This document shows, piece by piece, positions 16,606 through 26,275 of a stretch of 64,000 nucleotides of DNA (positions are counted from its first letter, which is position 1; each line of letters begins with the position of its first letter). A program made the translations under genes and the position numbers. Origin of the DNA: a virus; IMG/VR virus record IMGVR_UViG_3300020203_000008, positions 32,001 to 96,000 of that record. The stretch is one strand, 5' to 3'. The notes under the pieces were generated by a model. That model was not told the origin of the DNA. It did no database searches and worked only from the letters and a program-made list of their open reading frames with translations.

Positions 16606-17331
16606 AGGTATATAGCAATAAACACTCAAAAACTTGCGAAGAACGTTGTTGCGATCATGCCAGTTCGCAACGAAGCAGATCGATGGCTAGCCCCAGTCCT
16701 TCGAAACCTCATTCCGAGGGTCAACGAAGTTCTGGTCTATGACGATCGGTCGAGCGACAACACCATTGAGATCGCCTCAAGCTTCAAGGCGGTCACTGTG
16801 GTCAAACGCCAACCTGGCGAACCAAGCTTCACCCAGCACGAAGGAAGATTTAGGCAAGGGCTATGGAATGCCTATATCGACCACTTTGCTCCCAGTGAAG
16901 GGGATTGGGTGCTCACCATCGACGCTGACGAAATGCTGGTAGGCCGACTCGATGTGACCCGCTATCCAGAACTTTCAGTAACTATGCCAATTCCAGAAGT
17001 CTGGGGATTTGACGAATATGGGCATCCTCTGATCAGGACGGATGGATACTGGAATGAACAGAAAGCTCCTCGGCTGTTCCAGCACCAAAGAGGTGGAAGA
17101 TTTTCCGATAAGCCTATGGCTTCCGGCTCGACCCCTACATACGTGTTGAATGCCCCTACGTTCGCCGTAGAGGACCTATGGCTGCTACACTATGGGTACG
17201 CTGAACCTGAGGACAGGGAAGCCAAATACAAGCGTTATACGAGCCATTCCTTTGGACATAATCCTGTTCACATAGAGTCCATTTTACAAACACCGACCCT
17301 AGAGACCTGGCAAGGACCAATGCCCTTATGA
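16579..17331 (+). CDS. glycosyltransferase family 2 (start may be downstream)
   Basis: IMPVRNE, YDDRSSDNT, IDADE, LLHYGY. Confidence 0.88.
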   Translation: MGDRKSAGERYIAINTQKLAKNVVAIMPVRNEADRWLAPVLRNLIPRVNEVLVYDDRSSDNTIEIASSFKAVTVVKRQPGEPSFTQHEGRFRQGLWNAYIDHFAPSEGDWVLTIDADEMLVGRLDVTRYPELSVTMPIPEVWGFDEYGHPLIRTDGYWNEQKAPRLFQHQRGGRFSDKPMASGSTPTYVLNAPTFAVEDLWLLHYGYAEPEDREAKYKRYTSHSFGHNPVHIESILQTPTLETWQGPMPL

Positions 17332-17936
17332 GTTCCGCAGCCTGCATCATTAGTACATACGGAGATTATGGTACATGGGGACCCAAGGCAGAAAACGCTG
17401 CCAGGTCCGCTGATCTCCAAAGTTGGTCCTTTGACCAGGTAATTTGCTCGCACGGAGAAACCCTCCATGAAGCCAGAAACAATGGAGCCGATCTAGCTCA
17501 CACCGAATGGCTCGTTTTTTTGGACGCGGATGACGAATTAGATTATAAGTATTGCGAGTCAATGTTAAACGGGAAGGGGGATATTCGACAGCCAGCGACC
17601 TTAGGGATCGTGAACGGAGTCGAAGATGACTTCCCAGTAGTGATCCCCGAACGGAACCTGGCAGAGGCTAACTACATTGTGATTGGGGCCTTTGTAAGGA
17701 GGGAGCAATTCCTTCGTGTTGGTGGGTTTGATGCATACCCTGTTCTTGAAGACTGGGCACTGTGGATCAAGTGCAAGTTGGATGGAGCCAGCATTCTTCC
17801 TTGTCCTGAAGCCATTTACCGGGTTCATGTGAACCTAGAGGGTCGAAACAACCAAGCTGACTTGCACGGTCAGGTGTACTCACAGATTAGGCAGCAGTAT
17901 GGCGAGAGTCTCCGTAATCTTTCCGTGTCTGCCTGA
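17328..17936 (+). CDS. glycosyltransferase family 2
   Basis: ARNNGA, VFLDADD, VGGFD...EDWALW. Confidence 0.9.
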   Translation: MSSAACIISTYGDYGTWGPKAENAARSADLQSWSFDQVICSHGETLHEARNNGADLAHTEWLVFLDADDELDYKYCESMLNGKGDIRQPATLGIVNGVEDDFPVVIPERNLAEANYIVIGAFVRREQFLRVGGFDAYPVLEDWALWIKCKLDGASILPCPEAIYRVHVNLEGRNNQADLHGQVYSQIRQQYGESLRNLSVSA

Positions 17937-18606
17937 CGGCCAATGGCGCGACCAGGTGTTCGAGTGGATCACCCGGCGATATGAGACTTTGTGGCCTGAG
18001 TTTGAGCTTTGCATTGGCTCAAATGACGACGACCCATTCTCTCGATCTAAGGCTAAAAATGAAGCCTATAGGAAGGCAACGGGGGAAATTATAATCATAA
18101 ATGATGCAGATACGTTCTGCAATCGTCAGTTCCTAGAACTGGCGCTGGAGCAAGTGGTATCCGGCCAATCTCCATGGGTGCTTCCATATCGCACCTATTA
18201 TAATCTCGCTCAAGGTTTCACGGAAAGGGTGATTGAACGACCTCCTACAATAGAACTCTCGGAACGAGAACTGGAGTTTGATTTCCGAGTTGACGAGCAG
18301 AGGCATCCTCCCGATGGTTCGGTCGCTGGAGTCCTCGTTATGCCACGAGAAGCGTTTGACGCTGTGGACGGGTATGACGAGAATTTCCGCGGCTGGGGCT
18401 ACGAGGACGATGCCTTTGCTTGTGCCCTAGATACCCTCTGGGGGTATCACGACCGCATATCTAGTGGGTTCTGCACTCATCTATGGCATCCACCGGCTCC
18501 GGACGGGGATTTCAAAAATCCCCATATGTTCAGCAACCGGAAGCTGTGGGAGGATTATCGTTTGGCTGCAAACAATCCCGACAGAATGCGACAAATTCGT
18601 ATCTAA
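17899..18606 (+). CDS. glycosyltransferase (GT2/GT7-C-like)
   Basis: FSRSKAKN, NDAD, GYDENFRGWGYEDD, HLWH. Confidence 0.88.
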   Translation: MARVSVIFPCLPDGQWRDQVFEWITRRYETLWPEFELCIGSNDDDPFSRSKAKNEAYRKATGEIIIINDADTFCNRQFLELALEQVVSGQSPWVLPYRTYYNLAQGFTERVIERPPTIELSERELEFDFRVDEQRHPPDGSVAGVLVMPREAFDAVDGYDENFRGWGYEDDAFACALDTLWGYHDRISSGFCTHLWHPPAPDGDFKNPHMFSNRKLWEDYRLAANNPDRMRQIRI

Positions 18607-18645
18607 AAATAGTACATACCGGTACTTATATGCTATTATCCTTGT

Positions 18646-19878
18646 ATGAAGATTTCAGTTGTCGGATTAGGGAAGTTGGGAGCCCCTCTGGCTGCGGTAC
18701 TTTCAGGGGCTGGACATTCCGTTATCGGAATTGATAACAACCCATCAACAGTAGAGCAGATCAATCAGATGCTTGCTCCCGTTCCCGAACCGGGGTTGCA
18801 GGGACTCCTTAGCAAGTTCCCCTTCCCAGCCTATACCGATTACTTTCAGATTAATGAGACGGATCTGACGATCATAATTGTTCCAACGCCTTCTGGCCCG
18901 GATGGCGGTTTCGTTAATGATTACGTGCTAGCTGCCATCGATAAGGTGGGAGAACAACTTCGCTATAAGAATTCCTATCATACGGTTGTGATTGCAAGCA
19001 CACTCATGCCTGGATCATGTGAGAAGTATATTGTTCCAGCACTAGAGGAAGCTAGCGGCATAGAGGTAGGAGAATATCTAGGCTTTTGTTATAGCCCTGA
19101 GTTCATTGCTCTTGGCTCAGTGGTAAATGATCTGTCGAACCCGGACATGGTGCTTATCGGCCAAGTGGACGATCGGTCTGGCGCTTCTCTCCAGGAAGTA
19201 ATGGAAGAGGTAGTTCGTTCCAGCGTTCCTTTCTATCGACTGACTCTTACTGAAGCAGAACTTGCGAAGATTGCAGTTAACTCGTATATCACCATGAAGA
19301 TCAGTTTTGCTAACACCATTGGTGAGATGTGTGAGAGCTACGATAATACGGAAGCGAGCAACGTAGTCAATGCAATCGGGGCAGATGCTCGTATCGGAGT
19401 GAAGTATCTTGCTCCCGCTACAGCATATGGTGGTCCATGTTTCCCTCGCGATCAGAGAGCTTTCGCCAAAGCTGCTCAAGAAGTTGGGGTTGATGCTCTT
19501 CTGTCCGGTGCAGCCGATGGCATTAATCAACGTCAGATCCAACGGGTAACTGATCTTGCCACGAAGGGAATTAGGACAGGTTCCAAGATTGCCATTTTGG
19601 GTCTCTCGTATAAGTCAGGAACTCCAGTCAGCGAAGAATCGGCTGGAATGCTTATCAGTAGAGAACTTGAGGAACGTGGTTATAGGGTTGAAGCCTATGA
19701 TCCTCTTATAAGTCCGGGAACCGTTTCGCTGGGGTCTGTTCTAGCGGATGCTGAAGTTGCAGTTATTACTATTCCAGAAAATGACTTTTCGTTTTTGCCT
19801 GACTTTGAAGGTCGAGTCATTGATTGTTGGGGTGTCTGCACGAACCCAAATACGTTTCGGATTGGGGTTGGAGCGTGA
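18646..19878 (+). CDS. UDP-glucose/GDP-mannose dehydrogenase family protein
   Basis: GLGKLG Rossmann motif, VPTP, SPEF, AELAK...N, DARIG, GGPCFPRD, GLSYK. Confidence 0.93.
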   Translation: MKISVVGLGKLGAPLAAVLSGAGHSVIGIDNNPSTVEQINQMLAPVPEPGLQGLLSKFPFPAYTDYFQINETDLTIIIVPTPSGPDGGFVNDYVLAAIDKVGEQLRYKNSYHTVVIASTLMPGSCEKYIVPALEEASGIEVGEYLGFCYSPEFIALGSVVNDLSNPDMVLIGQVDDRSGASLQEVMEEVVRSSVPFYRLTLTEAELAKIAVNSYITMKISFANTIGEMCESYDNTEASNVVNAIGADARIGVKYLAPATAYGGPCFPRDQRAFAKAAQEVGVDALLSGAADGINQRQIQRVTDLATKGIRTGSKIAILGLSYKSGTPVSEESAGMLISRELEERGYRVEAYDPLISPGTVSLGSVLADAEVAVITIPENDFSFLPDFEGRVIDCWGVCTNPNTFRIGVGA

Positions 19879-20702
19879 CCAGAGGCATGATTCGATGCCC
19901 ATATCTTGGAAATTCTGGACGACTGGGGAATCAGCTCTGGCAGATTGCTGGCACCATCGGAATTGCTGCTGCTACGGACAAAGATTTTTGTTTTCCTGAA
20001 TGGGCATATGAGCGATATTTTTCTGTATCATCCGATTGGTTTCTCCCCCAAGAAGCTCTGTACGGAGAAGATGTAAGCATATTTGCTCGACAGATTGATC
20101 AGCGTGCCAAGGTCTATTTGCAAGACTATGGACTTTGGCGAGAGGTGAGGGAGCAGGTATATGAAGTTCTACAACCAACGTTGGAAGCAAAGGCTGAATT
20201 AGCCTCTCCTAAATACGAACAGTATTACTTGCTCCCTCATCCTCTACTTGTAATCCACGTAAGACGTGGTGACAATGCTACGGCTCACTTAAGAAATGAG
20301 GACGGACATCACCCACTTCGTCCCATGAGCTACTACAGAGAAGCAATTGAACTCCAGGAATATCGCTCTATCGCTATATTTTCGGATGACCTTCCGTGGT
20401 GCAGGGATGCGTTTCAGGATATAGATGCTTACTTCTTTGAAGGTGGATCAGCTCGTCCTAAGGAACATGAGCCTGAATACGCGACAGCACCAGTGGAAGA
20501 TTGGATTGACCTAATAGCAATGGAAAACGCCGACTCCTTCATCATGTCCAACAGTTCTTATTCTTGGTGGGGAGCTTTTCTCTCTGGCTCTGAAGGCAAG
20601 AACATTATCTACCCATGGCCTTTCTTTGGCCCTAAGCTTGACTATCTTGACGCGTCAATCATGTTCCCAGAGGATTGGAGAAAGCTTCCTCATGTTATTT
20701 AG
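19875..20702 (+). CDS. alpha-1,2-fucosyltransferase-like (GT11)
   Basis: GRLGNQL, IHVRRGD, FSDDLPWC, NSSYSWWGA. Confidence 0.92.
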   Translation: MTRGMIRCPYLGNSGRLGNQLWQIAGTIGIAAATDKDFCFPEWAYERYFSVSSDWFLPQEALYGEDVSIFARQIDQRAKVYLQDYGLWREVREQVYEVLQPTLEAKAELASPKYEQYYLLPHPLLVIHVRRGDNATAHLRNEDGHHPLRPMSYYREAIELQEYRSIAIFSDDLPWCRDAFQDIDAYFFEGGSARPKEHEPEYATAPVEDWIDLIAMENADSFIMSNSSYSWWGAFLSGSEGKNIIYPWPFFGPKLDYLDASIMFPEDWRKLPHVI

Positions 20703-21318
20703 CCTGCAAGAGTTGCATCAGAAGTACAATATGGAGATTAGAGGCATTCTTCATCTTGGTGCTCATCTGGGAGAAGAAGCTCAAGACTACGAGAATCTTT
20801 TCGTTAAGAACGTCTGGTGGGTTGAAGCTAATCCTCACGTAATGGACAAGCTCCGTGAGAACCTGCGTCCATACAACCATCACTTGATTCAGGCACTCTT
20901 AACGGATGTAGATGGAGAATTCCGGAACTTCAACATTACTAACTATGATGGTATGTCTTCCTCTATCTTTGAGTTTGGTAAGCTTCACCTTGATAGCTCT
21001 CCGGATACTCAGTTTGTGGACACCGCTTTGCTGGAGTCACGCACGGTTGATTCTTTAGTGGCAGAATTTAATATTACCGATTGCAACTTCCTAAACATGG
21101 ATCTTCAAGGTGCTGAGGTGTTGGTCCTTCAGGGAGCGGTCAAGACGATAGAGTCCATTGATTACGTTTACACCGAAGTCAACATCGGTGAGGTATATGA
21201 AGGCTGCGGCAAGATGTGGCAGATCGATGACTTCCTGAGCGATTTCGACCGCGTTGAAACCTATATGACTCCCGCCCAATGGGGGGATGCTCTATACATT
21301 CGAAGGAGTCTTAGGTGA
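20692..21318 (+). CDS. FkbM-family methyltransferase
   Basis: LHLGAHLG, VEANP, NMDLQGAEVLVLQG, YTEV, WGDALY. Confidence 0.9.
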   Translation: MLFSLQELHQKYNMEIRGILHLGAHLGEEAQDYENLFVKNVWWVEANPHVMDKLRENLRPYNHHLIQALLTDVDGEFRNFNITNYDGMSSSIFEFGKLHLDSSPDTQFVDTALLESRTVDSLVAEFNITDCNFLNMDLQGAEVLVLQGAVKTIESIDYVYTEVNIGEVYEGCGKMWQIDDFLSDFDRVETYMTPAQWGDALYIRRSLR

Positions 21319-22676
21319 GATTCAAGATCATCTCGGTTGGTTGGAACTGTTCCCAGTTCATGGAGCGCACGTTGGAGTCTATTGAGAAGCAGACGCTTAA
21401 GAATTGGGATGTGGGTATAGCTTACGACCCATCTCCCGAGGATGGCGGCAAGGAGATCATCGAGAAGTGGTGTGCCCAGGATCCTGAGCATAGGAAGTTC
21501 CGGCTGAATGAAGACCATCTGTATGCAGCCCACAATCAGTACGACATGATTAGGGCTCTAGAACCAGAGGAAGATGACATCATTGTATTTCTGGATCTGG
21601 ATGGAGATAAGTTTTCCCATAACAAAGTATTAGAGCGGCTTCGTGATGCTTACGCTGAAGGCAATCTAGTTACCTATGGTCAGTATCGGCCCATTCCAGA
21701 TCAGGGTACTTCGACTTTTGCTAAGCGTTACCCTCTAGAGGTAGATGAGAACGGCACATATCGTGCTCATACTCGTGCCTATGGATGTTGCTTCAACCAT
21801 CTAAGAACGATGTCTGCTCGTATTGCTCTGGCTATTCCAGAGAACAACTTCAAGTATGGCAATGGAATCTGGTATGAGGGTGGCACAGATTATGTGTTTA
21901 TGCTTGCCGGTTTAGAGCTATCTGGTGGCAAATACAAGTGCTTCGATGAGGTGCTTCTTGACTATAACCATGCTAATCCTTTTGCTGACAACCTAACCCA
22001 TCCCGCTGACTCAGATAGAACGGTGTTGGACTTCCTGAGTAACACACCATTACAACCGCTCTCACCGAAAGAGGTACCAGTGCCTGAAGTCGAAGAAGTT
22101 GTTGCGGAAACACCAGTTGTTCGCTACCTTGACGCAGAGGAGCGCCGGGTTATTCTTGCTCAGTACGGTCGTGATTGGAGCATGAGTATCCTCATTGAAA
22201 CAGGCACTAATAATGGGGACACGCCTCTTACGTTGAAGGATAACTTCTGGCGCGTGTATACCATTGAGCTGTACCGGCCCCTATTCGATGAGTCTCGTAG
22301 GCGTCTTGCTCCCTACGAGAATATTACTTGTCTGCTTGGTGATTCCACTAAAGTTCTACCGGAATTATTAGGAAAGATCCAGGAAAGTGCCCTGATTTGG
22401 CTGGACGGTCATTGCAGTGGTCCGGGTACCGGTCGTGGCGACCTGGATACTCCGGTAGTCCAGGAACTGGAGGCACTCTTCGAAGACGTTGATCGTGGGA
22501 TCCATCACGTCATTCTCGTGGACGACGCTCGGATCTTTGATGGGCAGCCAGAGCATGAGGACGAGCCACACTATGCCGACTACCCGACTCTGGAATGGAT
22601 CGAAGATCTGGCTAATGCCCATAATTACGACTATGAGATGAAGGACGATATCGTCCGTCTCACTCCTCGCGTATGA
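21315..22676 (+). CDS. fusion of GT2-like glycosyltransferase (N) and SAM methyltransferase-like domain (C)
   Basis: N-terminal VFLDLDGD; C-terminal IETGT..G, TIEL, LGDS, WLDGH, VDDAR. Confidence 0.82.
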   Translation: MRFKIISVGWNCSQFMERTLESIEKQTLKNWDVGIAYDPSPEDGGKEIIEKWCAQDPEHRKFRLNEDHLYAAHNQYDMIRALEPEEDDIIVFLDLDGDKFSHNKVLERLRDAYAEGNLVTYGQYRPIPDQGTSTFAKRYPLEVDENGTYRAHTRAYGCCFNHLRTMSARIALAIPENNFKYGNGIWYEGGTDYVFMLAGLELSGGKYKCFDEVLLDYNHANPFADNLTHPADSDRTVLDFLSNTPLQPLSPKEVPVPEVEEVVAETPVVRYLDAEERRVILAQYGRDWSMSILIETGTNNGDTPLTLKDNFWRVYTIELYRPLFDESRRRLAPYENITCLLGDSTKVLPELLGKIQESALIWLDGHCSGPGTGRGDLDTPVVQELEALFEDVDRGIHHVILVDDARIFDGQPEHEDEPHYADYPTLEWIEDLANAHNYDYEMKDDIVRLTPRV

Positions 22677-23674
22677 AGAAGCTAAATGATTTTGCTGCTA
22701 ACTCCTACTCACAGTTTGGTGAGGATGGGATTATCCAGTACATCTTCTCGATCATTGGGGAGAAGTCGCGTAAGTGTGCAGAGTTCGGTGCCGGGGATGG
22801 AATTGGCTGCTCTAACACCAAGCTTCTCCGGGATCATGGATGGGAGGCGACTCTTGTTGAAGCTGACCCCGATCGGTTCGAGCAACTAGTCATTAATGCG
22901 CCTGAATCTCATTGCATCCCAGGCACGGTCACGCCCGGCAATATTAATTTACTAGTTGAAGGCGGATACGATTTTGTTTCCATTGACGTGGACGGCGATG
23001 ATTATGCCATCTTCGAAGCAATGGAGTCTGCCCCTCCCCCGAGGGTGGTCTGCATTGAATACAACGGGTCAATTCCGCCTCATGTAAATCTACGTCAGGC
23101 TAATCTCGGAGAAGGATTTGGTGCTTCTGCCGCTGCTTTGGTCGAGTTGGCTGTCGCCAAGAGATATGCATTTATAGGAATGACCAAAGGGAACCTGTTC
23201 TTTGTAATGCGAGACGAGCCACTATACGATTTTGAGGCTAATGACACTGATCTTGAATCACTATTTGATGGGTCTGATCTCGTCTATACGGTGAGCGACT
23301 ATCAGGGTAGGACATTGTTCGTAGGAGGGGATCTTCCTTGGGGAATGGCTGAACCCTTTGTGGGCGAGACAACAGGTGTCCCTACGCGTGTGGCTACTGC
23401 CAACATGGCAACCCTTAGGACGGCGTTTGAAGCGCGTTACGGAAACTCGGTCTTTCTACCGGCAGACTGGGAATTCAATCTTAGTGATACATTAGGTAGG
23501 GGTCCGGTTCTATTGAAAGAGATTCTTGAAGCTAGACCAGCACCACCTCTGGTCCTCATTGATGTCTCTAACCTAGGAGATAGTTGTAGATGGATCGAAG
23601 GAATGGCAATAACATTAGGATATAGATTCTTTGTAGGCAGCGGACTTGTTGCCTTAGTCTGGAGAGAACAATGA
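22673..23674 (+). CDS. FkbM-like methyltransferase
   Basis: YSQFGEDGII, EFGAGDG, SIDVDGDDY, PRVVCIEYN. Confidence 0.82.
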   Translation: MKKLNDFAANSYSQFGEDGIIQYIFSIIGEKSRKCAEFGAGDGIGCSNTKLLRDHGWEATLVEADPDRFEQLVINAPESHCIPGTVTPGNINLLVEGGYDFVSIDVDGDDYAIFEAMESAPPPRVVCIEYNGSIPPHVNLRQANLGEGFGASAAALVELAVAKRYAFIGMTKGNLFFVMRDEPLYDFEANDTDLESLFDGSDLVYTVSDYQGRTLFVGGDLPWGMAEPFVGETTGVPTRVATANMATLRTAFEARYGNSVFLPADWEFNLSDTLGRGPVLLKEILEARPAPPLVLIDVSNLGDSCRWIEGMAITLGYRFFVGSGLVALVWREQ

Positions 23675-24429
23675 GTGTCCCTGAAGTGTCTATCGTGATA
23701 CTTAGCTATTTCCATCCTGAAGTAACAGACGTTTGTCTCAGAACGCTTGAGCAGACGAATGGCTCCTATGAGGTGATCGTTGTTGACAATGGCAGCGACC
23801 CGGAAACGGTGGCGTCCCTAAACCAACACAAGGCAGATGGACGTATTGATGTCCTCGTTCTAGAGCCTCAGAACCATATGTTTTCTGAGGGCAACAACAT
23901 AGGTGTGCGTAATTCGAATTCAGCATCTAAGTACATATTGCTACTTAATTCTGACGTTGGATTCATTCGTCCTGACTGGCTGGAGAAGCAGTTGGCATGG
24001 ATGGAAGGAACGATCGTTCATAAGCCTACGATCTGGAATGCTCACCCAACGCAGCCGACGCCAGGTCCAAAGGACATTGTGTCTTACGGCTGGTCGCATG
24101 ACATCAATGTGGAAGGTAACGCGCGACCTGAAGGCTGGTGCATCATGTTCCGCCGTGAATGGTGGAAGGAGATGAGCACCGACTTCCCATGGTATTACGG
24201 ATTCGAAGAGATGGTTGCGGGACAGGCAAGGGCAGGGGCGCGAGTTGGCGTTCTGTTTAATTATGCACCCTACTGCATCCATCGGGAACAGGGTTCTAAG
24301 CCTGCCGTCGCTCCGGATATCAGGAATGCCCGCACTCCAGATATGACCGCTTGGTTTTCTGGTGTGAGAATCGAGACCATGGACTTTACCTTGGGTCCGA
24401 ATGAACACGATTCGTACTTGACTTGGTAG
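23671..24429 (+). CDS. glycosyltransferase family 2
   Basis: VSIVILSY, VVDNGS, FSEGNNIG, LLNSD. Confidence 0.9.
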   Translation: MSVPEVSIVILSYFHPEVTDVCLRTLEQTNGSYEVIVVDNGSDPETVASLNQHKADGRIDVLVLEPQNHMFSEGNNIGVRNSNSASKYILLLNSDVGFIRPDWLEKQLAWMEGTIVHKPTIWNAHPTQPTPGPKDIVSYGWSHDINVEGNARPEGWCIMFRREWWKEMSTDFPWYYGFEEMVAGQARAGARVGVLFNYAPYCIHREQGSKPAVAPDIRNARTPDMTAWFSGVRIETMDFTLGPNEHDSYLTW

Positions 24430-24439
24430 TGGAGGAATA

Positions 24440-25042
24440 ATGGGATACGAAGTTCTAGCTGAACGATACGAGATGCTCTGCAAGTCTGAGGGCGTCTACT
24501 CAGATATCAATGAGCATTTGCCCACATTTGTAGAGGCAGTCAAGGAGGTTGACGCCAAGAAGGTAATCGAACTTGGTACGCGATATGGGGTCTCCACCAT
24601 TGCGTGGCTGTATGCCCTTAAGGACCAAGGTGATCTCTGGGCTGTGGATTGCAGCTTTCCCGTAGCATCACCGCAGTACCCAGACACGAATCTCCTGGAT
24701 CCTCAGGGGCCGCTAGGAGTTATGCCGCACTGGGTCTTCCTGCTTGGCTATGACACACAGCAGGCGATATTGGATGCTCTGCCTCAAAAAGTAGACATCG
24801 TGTTCATTGACACAAATCATGTCTACGAGGAGACGCTTGTGGAGCTTGATCTCTATTATCAGCGGGTACGTAAGGGTGGACGAATCTTCCTCCATGACAC
24901 CGCTATCGAGACAACGGGCAATGCTACCGCTCCGCAGCCTCCTTATCCGGTCCGAACGGCAATGCAGGAATTCTGCGAGAAGAACGATCTTAAGTTCTCC
25001 AACGTGGATAACTGCATGGGCCTTGGTACCATTTACTGCTAA
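24440..25042 (+). CDS. class I SAM-dependent methyltransferase (Methyltransf_24-like)
   Basis: IELGTRYGVST, DIVFIDTNH.YE, GGRIFLHD. Confidence 0.88.
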   Translation: MGYEVLAERYEMLCKSEGVYSDINEHLPTFVEAVKEVDAKKVIELGTRYGVSTIAWLYALKDQGDLWAVDCSFPVASPQYPDTNLLDPQGPLGVMPHWVFLLGYDTQQAILDALPQKVDIVFIDTNHVYEETLVELDLYYQRVRKGGRIFLHDTAIETTGNATAPQPPYPVRTAMQEFCEKNDLKFSNVDNCMGLGTIYC

Positions 25043-25281
25043 TGAAGAAATGCTACCGAGTCATTGCCGTATGGCAGGAACCTGTTTTTCTGAGACGTTT
25101 CCATCTTGTCATGACGTTTCTGTTTCTGGTGTTGCTCCCGATAGCGTTGGTTACGGGGCTTTCTAAGTCTGTTCCTTTTCTGGTTTTTCTTAGTCTTTGG
25201 GCTCTTGTGGCGGGGCATTGGTCGGCCTGGCAATCTGCCAGAGTAGAGGTAAAACAAGATGATCAAGCGAAAGGTGATTAA
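25042..25281 (+). CDS. small 2-TM membrane protein
   Basis: Two hydrophobic stretches; stop/start coupling on both sides. Confidence 0.7.
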   Translation: MKKCYRVIAVWQEPVFLRRFHLVMTFLFLVLLPIALVTGLSKSVPFLVFLSLWALVAGHWSAWQSARVEVKQDDQAKGD

Positions 25282-26243
25282 TGGATAAGATTCTTGTAGC
25301 AGGGGCGGGAGGGTTCATAGGTGGACATCTAGTTGCCAACCTTCTTTCTAAAGGCATAGAGGTCGTCGCTGTGGACGTAAAGGATTTTTCGAAGTGGTAT
25401 CAGAGATTCCCTGACGTTGATAATAGGATTCTTGATCTCTCCTTAATGGAGGCTTGTTATGAAGCAGTCAAAGGTGTAGATGTAATTTATAATCTAGCTG
25501 CCGATATGGGCGGAATGTTGTTCATTGAGACCCATAAGGCTGAGTGCATGCTTAGCGTATTAATTAATACCCATCTAGTGCAAGCAGCTAGTGATGCTAA
25601 TGCCAAGTTCTTCTATGCTTCATCAGCCTGTGTTTACGCTGCCGATAAGCAGACTGATACGGATGTCACGGCTCTGAAAGAAGAAGACGCCTATCCCGCT
25701 ATGGCCGAGGATGGCTATGGCTGGGAGAAGTTGTTCTCTGAACGTATGTGCAGGCATTTTCGTGAAGACTTCGGATTAGATACTCGCGTTGCAAGATTCC
25801 ATAATGTCTTCGGCCCCAATGGGACTTATGAAGGTGGCCGTGAGAAAGCTCCAGCCGCCATATGCCGGAAGATTATCGAGTGTAAGCTGTCCGGGAATCA
25901 TGAGATAGAGATTTGGGGAGACGGCAACCAGACCCGTAGCTTTATGTTCATTAGTGATTGCATTGAGGGCATTAATAGAATTATGGAAAGTCAGGTAGTT
26001 GATCCTATTAATCTTGGTTCTCATGAATTGGTTAGCATTAACCAACTAGTAGATATCGTTGAAGATATAGCGGAAATCAAGGTCAAGAGGAACTATGACT
26101 TGACTGCACCTCAGGGGGTTCGTGGTCGCAATAGCGACAACACGATGATCCTGCGCGAGTTGGGTTGGCAGCCGGAGATCTCCCTGCGGGAAGGCATGGA
26201 GAAGAACTACCGTTGGATTTATAATCAGATCGTGTCGAAGTAA
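25281..26243 (+). CDS. NAD-dependent epimerase, GDP-mannose 3,5-epimerase-like
   Basis: GAGGFIG, NLAADMGGM.FI, YASSACVY, YGWEK, GGREKAPAA.CRK, GVRGRNSDN. Confidence 0.9.
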   Translation: MDKILVAGAGGFIGGHLVANLLSKGIEVVAVDVKDFSKWYQRFPDVDNRILDLSLMEACYEAVKGVDVIYNLAADMGGMLFIETHKAECMLSVLINTHLVQAASDANAKFFYASSACVYAADKQTDTDVTALKEEDAYPAMAEDGYGWEKLFSERMCRHFREDFGLDTRVARFHNVFGPNGTYEGGREKAPAAICRKIIECKLSGNHEIEIWGDGNQTRSFMFISDCIEGINRIMESQVVDPINLGSHELVSINQLVDIVEDIAEIKVKRNYDLTAPQGVRGRNSDNTMILRELGWQPEISLREGMEKNYRWIYNQIVSK

Positions 26244-26275
26244 CTTTTGTCCTCCTAAAAAATACGGAATGTGAT

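Noticed and set aside
14503-26243. Bacterial capsule/O-antigen locus, i.e. host chromosome
   Set aside because: No wzx/wzy/ABC export or priming transferase; the genes are coupled to RusA-like and terminase-region phage genes with similar composition
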